Positions 20,325-30,565 are shown, numbered from the stretch's first letter. The stretch is 64,000 nt of DNA from an uncultured Clostridia bacterium (GCA_944388935.1 CALXKK010000004.1:17732-81731), one strand, 5' to 3'. Notes: generated by a model not told the origin, from the sequence alone. Made by a program: numbers and translations.

Positions 20325-21821
20325 ATGAATAACATATATTTATCAAAATCAAGATATTGCAAAGCAGTACAATGTAAAAAGATAATTTGGCTAAAAAAAT
20401 ATAAAACTGAATGTGCAATACAAAAAGCAAGAGATACTGTATTAGAAAATGGAACAGCAGTTGGACAACTTGCAAAAGGTTTATTTGGAAAATATGAAAA
20501 TATAGAATTTAATGAAAACCTTAACATTATGATTGAGCAAACTAAAAAATTATTAGCCAATAAGCCGAACATAATAACAGAAGCTTCATTTAATTATGAT
20601 AATAATTTCTGTAGTGTTGATATATTAAAAAATGATTTAGATGGCGTAGAAATCTATGAAGTTAAAAGCTCTACAGAAATTAGTGATATTTATTTAGATG
20701 ATGTTTCTTATCAATATTATATATTAAATAGTTTGGGATTTAACATAAAGAAAGCAAGCATAGTATATATTAATAATAAATATGTAAAGCGAGGAGAACT
20801 AAAATTAAATAAATTGTTTAATATTGAAGACGTAACTGAAATTGCTAAGTCAAAATTACAAGAAATAAAAAATAATATTTCAGAATTAAATAAATATATG
20901 GAAGTCCACAAAGACAATGAACCAAAAGATGATATAGGAATAAAATGCTTTAAACCTTATGAATGTGAATTTTGGGAATATTGCACAAGGAATTTACCTA
21001 AGCCAAATGTATTTGATATTAAAGGTGGTATGAATTTGAACAAGAAGTTCGAAAAATATTATGAAGGAAAAGTTTCTTTTAAAGATTTACAAAATGAAAA
21101 TTTAAATCCTAAATATTTAGAACAGATAAATTTTGAGATAAATGATTTACAACCTAAAATAGATAAAGAAACCATCAAAGATATAATGAAAACCTTGAAG
21201 TATCCATTATATTTTTTAGACTATGAAACATATCAAGTAGCAATTCCTGAAATAGATGGAACTAAGCCATATCAACAATTGCCATTTCAGTATTCGTTAC
21301 ATTTTATTAAAAATGAAGGAGCACCAATAGAGCATAAAGAATTTCTAGCAGAGATAGATGATAAAAACTTCATTAAACATTTCGGAGAACAGCTAATAAA
21401 AGATATACCAGATAATGGAAGTGTTATTATTTATAATAAAGCTTTTGAACCGGCTAGAAATAGAGAAATTGCAGAAATGTATCCGGAGTTAAAAGATGAA
21501 CTGAAGAGAATAAATAGCAATATGGTAGATTTTCTAGTGCCATTTAAACAAAGAAAATATTATACAAAAGAAATGCAAGGCTCTGCTTCAATTAAATGTG
21601 TGTTACCAGCTTTGTATCCTGATGACCCGGAACTTGATTATCATAACCTACCTGTAGTACATAATGGTGGAGAAGCATCAGAAGCTTTCTTAAATTTAAA
21701 AGGAAAATCAAAAGAAAAACAAGAAGAAATCAGGCATGGATTATTGGTATATTGCAAATTAGATACATATGCAATGGTAAAAATATGGATGAAATTTAAA
21801 GAAATAATAGATAATAATTAA
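20325..21821 (+). CDS. DUF2779 domain protein (Cas4/RecB-like nuclease N-terminus + RNase H-like domain)
   Basis: LSKSRY..C, VDIL..EVKSS, C..PYEC.FWEYC, YFLDYET, QQLPFQYSLH, SIKCVLPAL, YCKLDT. Confidence 0.85.
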   Translation: MNNIYLSKSRYCKAVQCKKIIWLKKYKTECAIQKARDTVLENGTAVGQLAKGLFGKYENIEFNENLNIMIEQTKKLLANKPNIITEASFNYDNNFCSVDILKNDLDGVEIYEVKSSTEISDIYLDDVSYQYYILNSLGFNIKKASIVYINNKYVKRGELKLNKLFNIEDVTEIAKSKLQEIKNNISELNKYMEVHKDNEPKDDIGIKCFKPYECEFWEYCTRNLPKPNVFDIKGGMNLNKKFEKYYEGKVSFKDLQNENLNPKYLEQINFEINDLQPKIDKETIKDIMKTLKYPLYFLDYETYQVAIPEIDGTKPYQQLPFQYSLHFIKNEGAPIEHKEFLAEIDDKNFIKHFGEQLIKDIPDNGSVIIYNKAFEPARNREIAEMYPELKDELKRINSNMVDFLVPFKQRKYYTKEMQGSASIKCVLPALYPDDPELDYHNLPVVHNGGEASEAFLNLKGKSKEKQEEIRHGLLVYCKLDTYAMVKIWMKFKEIIDNN

Positions 21822-21835
21822 ACAAGGAGACAAGG

Positions 21836-22408
21836 ATGAACAATGAATATCCATCAAATGGAGAAACAATAGATAAAGTATCAAATAAAATTTATTTAGT
21901 AGAAGATGAAAATGAGAGATTAAAATATATAAAGAATAACACAAATGGCTTAAAAGGAATTGATATAGAAGAGGTAAAACAGATAGAAACAGATTATTAT
22001 AATAATGTTTATGTATTGTTAAATAATGGTTATCTATTTGAAAATGGAGAACTAATAGAAGGAGACATAAATAATATTCATTTCCTTGATGGATTAAATA
22101 TATATGCTTTTACAAATAAAAATCAAATAATACCAATAAATAGAAATAAAGAAGAATGGACGAACTTAGACTATTATTTATATAATGATAATTGCTTATA
22201 TAAAAAGATAATTGCGGATGTGTTATATATTGTTGCATTAACAAAAGATGGAAGAGTTATCTCAACGAACTCTAATCCATCAGGATTAGGTGTAGTACCA
22301 GAAAATTTCCTTAATGTAGATGACATTAAAATAGTAGAAATAGGAGAAGACCTTACAATGCCATTTATAGTAAAAAATAATAAGGAAGTACCATTATATA
22401 TTTATTAA
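21836..22408 (+). CDS. Hypothetical protein (RCC1-like beta-repeat fragments)
   Basis: GGAG RBS; VYVLLNNGYL and IVALTKDGRV segments. Confidence 0.6.
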   Translation: MNNEYPSNGETIDKVSNKIYLVEDENERLKYIKNNTNGLKGIDIEEVKQIETDYYNNVYVLLNNGYLFENGELIEGDINNIHFLDGLNIYAFTNKNQIIPINRNKEEWTNLDYYLYNDNCLYKKIIADVLYIVALTKDGRVISTNSNPSGLGVVPENFLNVDDIKIVEIGEDLTMPFIVKNNKEVPLYIY

Positions 22409-22477
22409 AGGTTATAAAAAATAGGGCTATAAAATTTAATATACCTTATAAAATATCTTATACAAGGAGTTAGAGTT

Positions 22478-22912
22478 ATGGAAATAGATAAAGAAAAGTT
22501 TATAAGAGACATAGAAAAAGATTTAGGAGTAAAAAAATACGAACCTATAGAATATAATGAAAGCTGTGCAGATAATCTTTTTAAAGATATACATTTGGAG
22601 AATTTGGGAGATTTTTTTAAAGATTTCTATGATATATTGAGTCAAGAATATAAGGCTAGTGCATTAGATATAGAGAAAACTTGTAAAATTACTAAGGAAG
22701 AAGTAAAAAACGGATGCGAAAAAGAAATTAAGATTAAACGAAATTTTTTTGATAAAATCGAAAATAAGATAAAAAATAAAAAGGTAAAAATAAAAGTTAA
22801 AATTCCAAAAGAGATAAAAGAAGGACATGCATTACTAGTTTATGGCGAAGGAAATGAAGATGAAAATTTAAATAGAGGAAATTTACTTGTTAAGATAGAT
22901 ATAAAAAAATAG
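22478..22912 (+). CDS. DnaJ C-terminal-domain-only protein
   Basis: ITKEEVKNGCEKEI..KVKIPKEIKEG..GEGN..RGNLLVKI; no J-domain HPD motif. Confidence 0.7.
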   Translation: MEIDKEKFIRDIEKDLGVKKYEPIEYNESCADNLFKDIHLENLGDFFKDFYDILSQEYKASALDIEKTCKITKEEVKNGCEKEIKIKRNFFDKIENKIKNKKVKIKVKIPKEIKEGHALLVYGEGNEDENLNRGNLLVKIDIKK

Positions 22913-23170
22913 TTGAAAATATATTTTACATAATGTAAATCATGGAGGACAATTTAGAAGATTTATTAAAATGAGTAATAAATTAAGGATTTGGTTTATT
23001 CCAGAGCCTTTTATTAATATTGAAAACTTGACCAAAGTAATAAAAAAGACAATTGAATATTTAATAATGTAATGATATACTTTTATTAATTAACCGAGAA
23101 CACATATGATTTTAGTCATAAGATGAATCATATATGGAGATTACAAAAAAAGAAGTTAAGGAGAACTAAA

Positions 23171-24163
23171 ATGGAACTATACGAGAAAAATGGTAATATA
23201 CTTTATATACTAAATGTACTAAAAAAATATACAGATGCAGACCACATGCTATCAATATCACAATTACAAGAAAAAATAGAAGACGAATATGGACAAGCAA
23301 TAGACCCAAGAACCATCAGAAGGAACATCAACCTTTTAAAGGAAAAATTTGAATACGATATAAGCACATATAATGAAAATAAGCAAGGGTATTATATTAC
23401 AAACAATCCAGAAACAGACTTTGAACCTGGAGAAGTTAGAGCAATAATAGATACGTTTAGTTATTCTTCATTTGTAGAAAAAAATCTAGCAAAGGGAATT
23501 ATTAAAAAATGTAAAAAGCTACAAAATATTTATGAAAATGAAAAAATAAAAAATTATAGAGTATTTTCTCCAAAAGGAAGAACTACGAATGCAGAGGTAA
23601 TCAAAAATATAGAAGATATATCAAACAGTATAATGAATAAAAATAAAGTGAAATTTGAATATTGGAAATTTTGTATAGTAGGTGACAAAATAGAAAAGAA
23701 AATTGTAAGTGAACCAACTGTTTCTCCATATGCAATTATCTATGATAAGCAGCAATTTTATATGTTGGCGATTAAAGAGGGTAATACTGAATTTTTCCAT
23801 TACAGATTAGACAGAATAAAAAATCTAAAAGAGTTACAAGATAAAATTACTATCAAAAGGACTGATAAGGATATACAAGAATATGCTAATACATCAGTAG
23901 AAGTGTTTAGTGGCGATGAAGTAGAAATAGAAGCAGAATGCCATTATTATATACTAGAAGATGTAATGGAAAAGTTTGGAGAAAACGTTACTGTTAGGCC
24001 AATTGACAAAGAACATTTTAGTATGAAATTAAAAGCGAATCCTATAGGTTTTAGGTTATGGGCAATGAGAAACATAGATTTAGTTGATGTTAAAAAGCCG
24101 GAAAGCCTTGTAAACAAGTTAAGAGAGATTATAAAGGATGCGGATAAGAGATATAATAAATAA
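23171..24163 (+). CDS. wHTH-WYL-WCX transcriptional regulator
   Basis: ILYILNVLKKYTDADH, DPRTIRRNI HTH, VSPY..YML, YRLDRI; promoter TTGAAT(23053)-N17-TATACT(23076). Confidence 0.9.
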   Translation: MELYEKNGNILYILNVLKKYTDADHMLSISQLQEKIEDEYGQAIDPRTIRRNINLLKEKFEYDISTYNENKQGYYITNNPETDFEPGEVRAIIDTFSYSSFVEKNLAKGIIKKCKKLQNIYENEKIKNYRVFSPKGRTTNAEVIKNIEDISNSIMNKNKVKFEYWKFCIVGDKIEKKIVSEPTVSPYAIIYDKQQFYMLAIKEGNTEFFHYRLDRIKNLKELQDKITIKRTDKDIQEYANTSVEVFSGDEVEIEAECHYYILEDVMEKFGENVTVRPIDKEHFSMKLKANPIGFRLWAMRNIDLVDVKKPESLVNKLREIIKDADKRYNK

Positions 24164-24217
24164 ATTAGATAGACTATCAGCATAGATACTTCATAAAGTA
24201 TAAAACAGAATAACAAT

Positions 24218-24266
24218 GCAATACATGACCAAGCATATTGAAAGCCTCCTTATTACAAATTATAAT
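24218..24266 (+). promoter_or_regulatory. sigmaA promoter with upstream GCA-N5-TGACCA box
   Basis: TGACCA 24226, TTGAAA 24238, 17-nt spacer, TATAAT 24261. Confidence 0.7.
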
Positions 24267-24295
24267 TTTATAAGATGTAATAAGGAGGAATTTTT

Positions 24296-25894
24296 ATGTT
24301 AAAGGAATATGTCTTAGATGCAGAAGATGAAAAAATTATTGATGAACTAGATAATTTATTTGGAGTTATACAAAACAAGGATGTTCTAAAAAATATGGTA
24401 ATGTTTGCTAAATTAAGACAAGACAATGAAATGCAGTTTGGAAATTATAATATAATCATTAGAAATAATTCTTCTTATAATTTATTAACTGATTATTTAA
24501 AGGTATGTGCTAAATTATTTGTAAAAAATAATATTATTCCAAACGATAAAATTTATTATATAGGAGAACAAAAAAGCCAAAAGAAAAATCAAAGAGTAAA
24601 AGGTCCATTTGAAGTAGAATTAAATGAACAAGATAGCATTATAGTTATTAGTAAAAATAGAATAGGTTACGTAGATTTTGAAAGGCAAATGCCAAATATA
24701 GAAAAACTAATACAAAAATATAAAAATAAAATGTTTGTATTTGAAGATACTGATTTTCGCGAAGGACAAATGGATGCTGAATTAGGAAATATTGTAACAT
24801 GGAAGATGACAATAGAAAAAATTTCTTTAGAAGATAAATTTATGTATTGCAAAGATATGCTAGATAAAAATAAAATAAAATATAAAAGACAGGATTTACA
24901 AGACTTTGCAGATCAACCTTTTTGGCAATTAAAAAATAATATTTTACAATTAATTGTAGAGTGTAAAGCAAATGAGATTGATCGTGTTAATTGCGAAATG
25001 TTAAGAAAGAAAAGTGGAAATTCAAAAACAAAACCTGTTAGAAGAAGAACAAAAAAGATTAAAAATCAAACTGCAAAAGATGATTTAGAAGAACTTATAG
25101 GACTTGATGGAATAAAAAGCGAAGTAAACAAGATATTAAATTATGTTAAATTAAATAAGTCTAGAGGAAAAATGCCAACTTTACATATGTGTTTTAATGG
25201 GAATCCTGGGACAGGTAAGACAAGTGTTGCAAGAGTAATAGGTAAGTTGTTTGAAGAAGAAAAAATTTTACCTGGAAATGGTGAATTTGTAGAAATACAT
25301 GGAAGAGATTTAGTTGCTAAATATGTTGGATGGACAGCTTCACAAGTGCATGATATTGTTGAAAAAGCTATGGGAGGAGTTCTGTTTATTGATGAAGCTT
25401 ATAGCTTGGTTTCAGATAGAGCAGGCAGTTTCGAAGATGAAGCAATTGCTACTTTAATTAAGGAGATGGAAGATCATAGAGATGAAATTTGTATTATATT
25501 AGCTGGATATACAGATGAAATGAAAGAATTAATTAAACGAAATCCGGGTTTTGAAAGTAGAATACAGTTCACTATTAATTTTCCAGATTATTCATCAGAG
25601 GAATTATTAGAGATATTCAATGGATTATGCAAAAAAGAAAAGTATAGGCTGTCTAAAGGAACTTCTGAAATCTTACTACAACATTTTGAAGAAGCAAGAC
25701 GTGAAAAAAGTTTTGGAAATGGTAGATATGTTAGAAATATTTTTGAGAAGATAAAATTTGAGCAAGCTGATAGGGTAGTTAGGACAGATTCAAAAAATAT
25801 TAATATGATAACAAAACAAGATATTCAAAATACATTGATGGAACTACAAACGAGTAAACCAGTGAAAAAAGAAAGAAGAGTTATAGGATTTTAG
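24296..25894 (+). CDS. SpoVK/CbbX-like AAA+ ATPase with degenerate N-terminal AAA domain
   Basis: LIGLDGIK, GNPGTGKTSVAR, GGVLFIDEAYSL, ILAGY, NPGFESR, FGNGRYVRN, RVIGF. Confidence 0.85.
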   Translation: MLKEYVLDAEDEKIIDELDNLFGVIQNKDVLKNMVMFAKLRQDNEMQFGNYNIIIRNNSSYNLLTDYLKVCAKLFVKNNIIPNDKIYYIGEQKSQKKNQRVKGPFEVELNEQDSIIVISKNRIGYVDFERQMPNIEKLIQKYKNKMFVFEDTDFREGQMDAELGNIVTWKMTIEKISLEDKFMYCKDMLDKNKIKYKRQDLQDFADQPFWQLKNNILQLIVECKANEIDRVNCEMLRKKSGNSKTKPVRRRTKKIKNQTAKDDLEELIGLDGIKSEVNKILNYVKLNKSRGKMPTLHMCFNGNPGTGKTSVARVIGKLFEEEKILPGNGEFVEIHGRDLVAKYVGWTASQVHDIVEKAMGGVLFIDEAYSLVSDRAGSFEDEAIATLIKEMEDHRDEICIILAGYTDEMKELIKRNPGFESRIQFTINFPDYSSEELLEIFNGLCKKEKYRLSKGTSEILLQHFEEARREKSFGNGRYVRNIFEKIKFEQADRVVRTDSKNINMITKQDIQNTLMELQTSKPVKKERRVIGF

Positions 25895-25916
25895 ATTAAA
25901 TTAAGTTAATGTGGAG

Positions 25917-26765
25917 ATGATAAAAATGATAAAATTTGAAGATTTTTTTAAAGTTGAAAGTGGTAAAGTTAAAGTGAAATTTAATATGAATGCAGGAAAT
26001 AAAAAACTACCAGCATTAGATTTGTTATTAAAAGATGATTATAGATGGATAGAAATGAATAGCTGGAAAACCAAACAAGCTAATAATAATTATGCAGATG
26101 CTGAATATGTTTTAGCTTTTGCTCAATATTATCCTTATGGAAGTAATTATTATATGTTTGGTGGACTATATAAAATAGAAAAAATTATGCCAGAAAAATA
26201 TGACCAGGTTGGATATAATTTAACTTTACAAAATGAATATAAAGAGTATATAAAAAGATTAATAATTAAATTAGATAGACCAGTAGCTAGAGATATTTAT
26301 AATAAACCATTTGAAACTGTACAAAGAGATTTTAATCCTGAAATTTATGAGTTGACGCCATCAGCTAGACTATCTAATTTTACTGGCTATAATAATGTTT
26401 TATTAACTCATAAAGAATTACAAATAATAGCAAAATATGAAGCTCCTGAATGGAAAAATGCTCTAGAGAATGTAAAAGGAGTGTATACAATAACAGACAT
26501 TTCAAATGGAAAGATATATATAGGTTCTGCAACGGGTGAAAATGGAATATGGCAAAGATGGTGTTCTTATGCAAAAGAATTAACAGGTGGCAATAAAACT
26601 TTTATAGAATTGATTAATAATAATGACGAGGAATACATAAAGAATAATTTTACATATTCAATATTAGAAATATTTGATAAAAAAACAAAGGATAGTTATA
26701 TTTTACAAAGAGAAGAATTTTGGAAGAAAGTCTTCCAGACTGTAAAGTTTGGGATGAATAATTAA
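25917..26765 (+). CDS. GIY-YIG nuclease family protein
   Basis: KGVYTITD..GKIYIGSA.GENGIWQRW, FTYSILE, REEFWK, GMNN; start codon uncertain (25911/25917/25926 region). Confidence 0.85.
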   Translation: MIKMIKFEDFFKVESGKVKVKFNMNAGNKKLPALDLLLKDDYRWIEMNSWKTKQANNNYADAEYVLAFAQYYPYGSNYYMFGGLYKIEKIMPEKYDQVGYNLTLQNEYKEYIKRLIIKLDRPVARDIYNKPFETVQRDFNPEIYELTPSARLSNFTGYNNVLLTHKELQIIAKYEAPEWKNALENVKGVYTITDISNGKIYIGSATGENGIWQRWCSYAKELTGGNKTFIELINNNDEEYIKNNFTYSILEIFDKKTKDSYILQREEFWKKVFQTVKFGMNN

Positions 26766-26779
26766 AATTTGAATAAAAT

Positions 26780-26825
26780 GAGAAAAGTGTTATTTAAAAT
26801 AACTTTTAGATAACACTTTTTTTCT
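26780..26825. terminator. Bidirectional terminator between convergent genes (right end of the defence island)
   Basis: AAAAGTGTTA...TAACACTTTT inverted repeat. Confidence 0.7.
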
Positions 26826-26828
26826 ATT

Positions 26829-28343
26829 TCATTCCATCTCTACTTCATCCAAATCCCTTATCGCAGGATTATACAACTGATGACCCTCATAATCGAATCT
26901 AGAACCATGGCAAGGGCAATCCCAAGTCTTATCAAGGTTATTCCAACTAAGCAAACAACCTAAGTGAGTACAAATAGGTTTCACAGCAAATATCTTACCA
27001 TCCTTATCTTTATAAATTCCAACTTTTTCACCATTATATTCAAAAACATGACCAGTATCATTTTCTATATTTTTCAAATCATCTTCAGGCACCTTAAACT
27101 TATTTATCACAAGTGAATTTGCAGTTTCTTTTATCATATTGCCAAGTTCTTGATTATTTTTTATAGGATGCAATCTAGTGGAAACAAAAACATTTTCGTA
27201 TTCATTTTTGCGACCTAAAATCCTGTCTACAATAATATTTGCAGCAACATTAGAAGAGGTCATTCCCCATTTATTAAAACCAGTACCAATGTACATGCCA
27301 GGCATAAAGTGCGAGAACTCGCCAATGTAAGGTATCTTATCAAGCGTAATGCAATCTTCAGTGTTCCATTTGTATAAAACTTTGCAATCCGGATAATATT
27401 TCTTTACTTCGCCTTCTAAAATTTTATATGCATTTGATAAATCTATTTTGCTGCCTGTTTTATGGTCAGCGCCACCAACTAATAATAACTTTTTGCCTTG
27501 AAAATTAGCAAATCTATATGAGAAAGTAGGTTGCTCGGAGTTTATATACATCCCGTCAAATGTTTTGCTTCCAATATCTACAGCGATTACATAAGATGTT
27601 GATTGATACATCTTTAAAAAATAATATCCTAAGCGGTCAATAAAAGGATAATGTGATGCTAGTATTACGTATTTTGATTTTACCTTATGTGTTATAGTTG
27701 ATGTTATAAAATTATCATCTTCTTTTTCTATATTTTGAACCAATGTATCTGTATAAATTTCGCCGGAATTATGAATTATAGCATTTGCTAATCCATAAGC
27801 GTATTTTATAGGATTAAATTGAGCCTGATTTGGAAATTTTATTGCTCCCAACACATCAAAAGGTAGAGGAGTTGATGTTACAAATTCACTATTAAATCCG
27901 AGTGAATTCACAGCTTCATTTTCTAATTTAATTTTTTCTAATTCATTTTCATTTAAAGTATAAACATAACTATCCTGTCTTTCAAAATTGCAGTCAATAT
28001 TTTCAGCTTTTATAATATTTGCTATATTTTCTATTGCTTCCTGATTAGCACATAAATATTGTTTAGCTTGCTCCATACCTACAGAATCAATTAAATATTT
28101 ATATATTAAATTATGCTGGCTAGTTATTTTTGCAGTTGTATGGCCAGAAGTTTTGCTAGCAATATCTGCTTCTTTTTCTAAAATTACAACATTAAGACCT
28201 TGCTTTGCTAAGTAATACCCGCAGGTAAGCCCAAAAATGCCAGCGCCTACAATGCAAACGTCAGTAGTTAAGTCATATTCTAAATTTTTAAAATTTTCTT
28301 TAGAATTTAAAAATAAATTGTCGTTAAGCCATATAGAATCCAT
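26829..28343 (-). CDS. FAD-dependent oxidoreductase with C-terminal Rieske domain (YhfW-like)
   Basis: VGAGIFG, SGHTTAKIT, GFNKWGMT, CTHLGC, WDCPCHGSRF. Confidence 0.9.
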   Translation of the reverse strand: MDSIWLNDNLFLNSKENFKNLEYDLTTDVCIVGAGIFGLTCGYYLAKQGLNVVILEKEADIASKTSGHTTAKITSQHNLIYKYLIDSVGMEQAKQYLCANQEAIENIANIIKAENIDCNFERQDSYVYTLNENELEKIKLENEAVNSLGFNSEFVTSTPLPFDVLGAIKFPNQAQFNPIKYAYGLANAIIHNSGEIYTDTLVQNIEKEDDNFITSTITHKVKSKYVILASHYPFIDRLGYYFLKMYQSTSYVIAVDIGSKTFDGMYINSEQPTFSYRFANFQGKKLLLVGGADHKTGSKIDLSNAYKILEGEVKKYYPDCKVLYKWNTEDCITLDKIPYIGEFSHFMPGMYIGTGFNKWGMTSSNVAANIIVDRILGRKNEYENVFVSTRLHPIKNNQELGNMIKETANSLVINKFKVPEDDLKNIENDTGHVFEYNGEKVGIYKDKDGKIFAVKPICTHLGCLLSWNNLDKTWDCPCHGSRFDYEGHQLYNPAIRDLDEVEME

Positions 28344-28602
28344 GACAACACGCTCCTTAATTCATTGAATAATGTTTCCATTACCCAAATATACATATTA
28401 AAATTATTTGCAAAGATTAATAAATATATTCAAAAATTATAAAACAACATGTAGCAAAAAAATCATAAATTTATTTGAGACATAAACATTTAATAAAAAT
28501 GTAAAATTTTGTAGAAATTCATAAACTATTATGATATATATAAATATATTAGGATATGCTAGAGACATTAGCTAAAAGCGGGATGCTAAGGAGGATAAAG
28601 AT

Positions 28603-28692
28603 ATGAAACGTTTTTTGAAAATCTTAGGAATTATTTTAGGAGTTATATTAGCTTTTATTGTGATAAGAGCAATAATAATTACAGTTTTCTAA
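28603..28692 (+). CDS. 29-aa single-TM peptide MKRFLKILGIILGVILAFIVIRAIIITVF
   Basis: AAGGAGG RBS before ATG; below the ORF-track length cutoff. Confidence 0.55.
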   Translation: MKRFLKILGIILGVILAFIVIRAIIITVF

Positions 28693-28765
28693 AGCATAAA
28701 AATTAATAGAGATAATTCATATTTAATAAAATATATAAATTTACTTATGAGGGGAGAATTTTTTG

Positions 28766-29419
28766 ATGTTTAAAAGGAATAAGGAGTATAGCGAAAAAGA
28801 GCTAAATGAAGGTAAAGAAAGGAAATCAAAGTTGCTTTCTAAATTATTAAAAACAACTAAATCAAAAATTATTTTTATACTAGTATTGGTTATAATAATA
28901 GTTTTAATAATATTAGGTTTTAAAGGAATTAATTTTAATGCAAAGGCTGATGTTACATATTTAAATCAACTTCTAGAAAAGTCTAGCGAATTAACAACCG
29001 CAAAGTTAAAAATTACTGGAATAGAAAATTATAATGATGAAGGTATAACAATTATAAATAGATCAGACTTCACTATGGTGTATACCGCTACAATTAGTGC
29101 AGGAGTAGATTTAAAAGAAGTTAGTATTTCATCTAATGATATTTCAAAGGAAATAGTTGTAACTATGCCAAAAGCAAAAGTTTTTGATTGTCACGTAAAT
29201 CAGAGCGATATACAATATTTTGACGAAAAATTTGCATTATTTAATGTGGATTCGAAAGAGGATGCTAATAAAGCTTGTGCTTTAGCAGAAGAAGATGGAG
29301 TAAAAGAAGCTGAAAATACAGGAATATTAGACTTTGCGGAAACTGAAGCTGAATATGTAATTAAGGATATTCTTACTCCTGCTATTCCAAAAGGATATAC
29401 AATTAAAATTCAAAAATAA
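28766..29419 (+). CDS. DUF4230 family membrane-anchored protein
   Basis: N-terminal TM; SELTT, ATISAGVDL, MPKAKV. Confidence 0.75.
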   Translation: MFKRNKEYSEKELNEGKERKSKLLSKLLKTTKSKIIFILVLVIIIVLIILGFKGINFNAKADVTYLNQLLEKSSELTTAKLKITGIENYNDEGITIINRSDFTMVYTATISAGVDLKEVSISSNDISKEIVVTMPKAKVFDCHVNQSDIQYFDEKFALFNVDSKEDANKACALAEEDGVKEAENTGILDFAETEAEYVIKDILTPAIPKGYTIKIQK

Positions 29420-29621
29420 GATAAAATCTTGTATAACGTAAAAGAAAGAACAAATTCTTGCTATGAGTTTGTTCTTTTTTTGCAAAAAAATGAAAGCATC
29501 AGTGAAGAAAAAAATAAAACATTGACACTTCCTTGAAATAAATCTTTTTCAGCAAAGGTATGAAAAAAGTATGTTTTGACCTTTACTTTACATAATTGTA
29601 ACACATTAAAAATGCAAATGT

Positions 29622-29667
29622 TGTAGAAATTTGTCGAATACATAAAAAAAGTTAAAAAAATGTAGAA
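29622..29667 (+). promoter_or_regulatory. Spo0A-box-like array
   Basis: TGTCGAA at 29632 plus TGTAGAA at 29622 and 29661. Confidence 0.4.
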
Positions 29668-29717
29668 ATTTAGAAGATTTTATGGTATATTGTTTTTGAA
29701 ATCAAGTGGAGGAAAAA

Positions 29718-30091
29718 TGAACAGCAAAAGCATAAAAATAATTTTAATAGAACTAAGCATAGTGTTAATATCAATATTATTGCTCAATACAATTGATATA
29801 GGTGAGTATATTCCAAATTGCTTTTTCTATGAGGCAACAGGTTTACAATGCCCTTCATGTGGTGGAACAAGATGTGTAGTAAATATGCTACATGGTAATT
29901 TTAAAGAAGCATTTCTATTTCATCCAATATTTTTTATTGCAATAGCATATTTAGTACTTGTAAATATAATCTATTTAGTCAATTTGAATAGGAAAAATGG
30001 AATTGCTAAATGGATATATCCAAAACCATATTATGCAATAATTTTTGCAATTATTTTAATTATATTTGGAATTGCTAGAAATATTCTTTAA
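29718..30091 (+). CDS. DUF2752 membrane protein
   Basis: C.FYEATGLQCPSCGGTR..LHGNF.EAF..HP; start approximate. Confidence 0.85.
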
Positions 30092-30160
30092 AAACATATT
30101 AAAGCGCTACATAATATTTTTTACATAATATACAAAAAGAAAAATAGGAGGGAATTTTTT

Positions 30161-30550
30161 ATGGACGAGAACAAAGAAAACGAAGTAAACAATGTTGAAA
30201 GCGAGGTAAATCAAACTACTAATTCTACAAATACTACTACAACAAACGATAGAAAAGGTTTTTCTATTGCAGCATTAGTATTAGGTATAATTGCAATCGT
30301 GCTTTGTTGTTTATGGTATGTATCTATACCTTGTGGTATTATAGCATTAGTTCTTGGAATTTTAGGATTAAAATCAAGCAAGAGAGGAATGTCAATCGCA
30401 GGAATAGTAACTGGTGTAGTTGGTATGATATTATGTGTTGTATTAATAATATCTGTTGTACTAATGGGCGTTAGTATATTTAAAAACGCTAGTGATACAT
30501 TAAAACAATCTACTCCATCAACTTATTACAGATATAATTATGATGACTAA
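30161..30550 (+). CDS. DUF4190 membrane protein
   Basis: SIAALVLGI..LCC..GIIALVLGILG..MSIAGIVTG. Confidence 0.8.
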   Translation: MDENKENEVNNVESEVNQTTNSTNTTTTNDRKGFSIAALVLGIIAIVLCCLWYVSIPCGIIALVLGILGLKSSKRGMSIAGIVTGVVGMILCVVLIISVVLMGVSIFKNASDTLKQSTPSTYYRYNYDD

Positions 30551-30565
30551 TAGAAAAAAATTATT

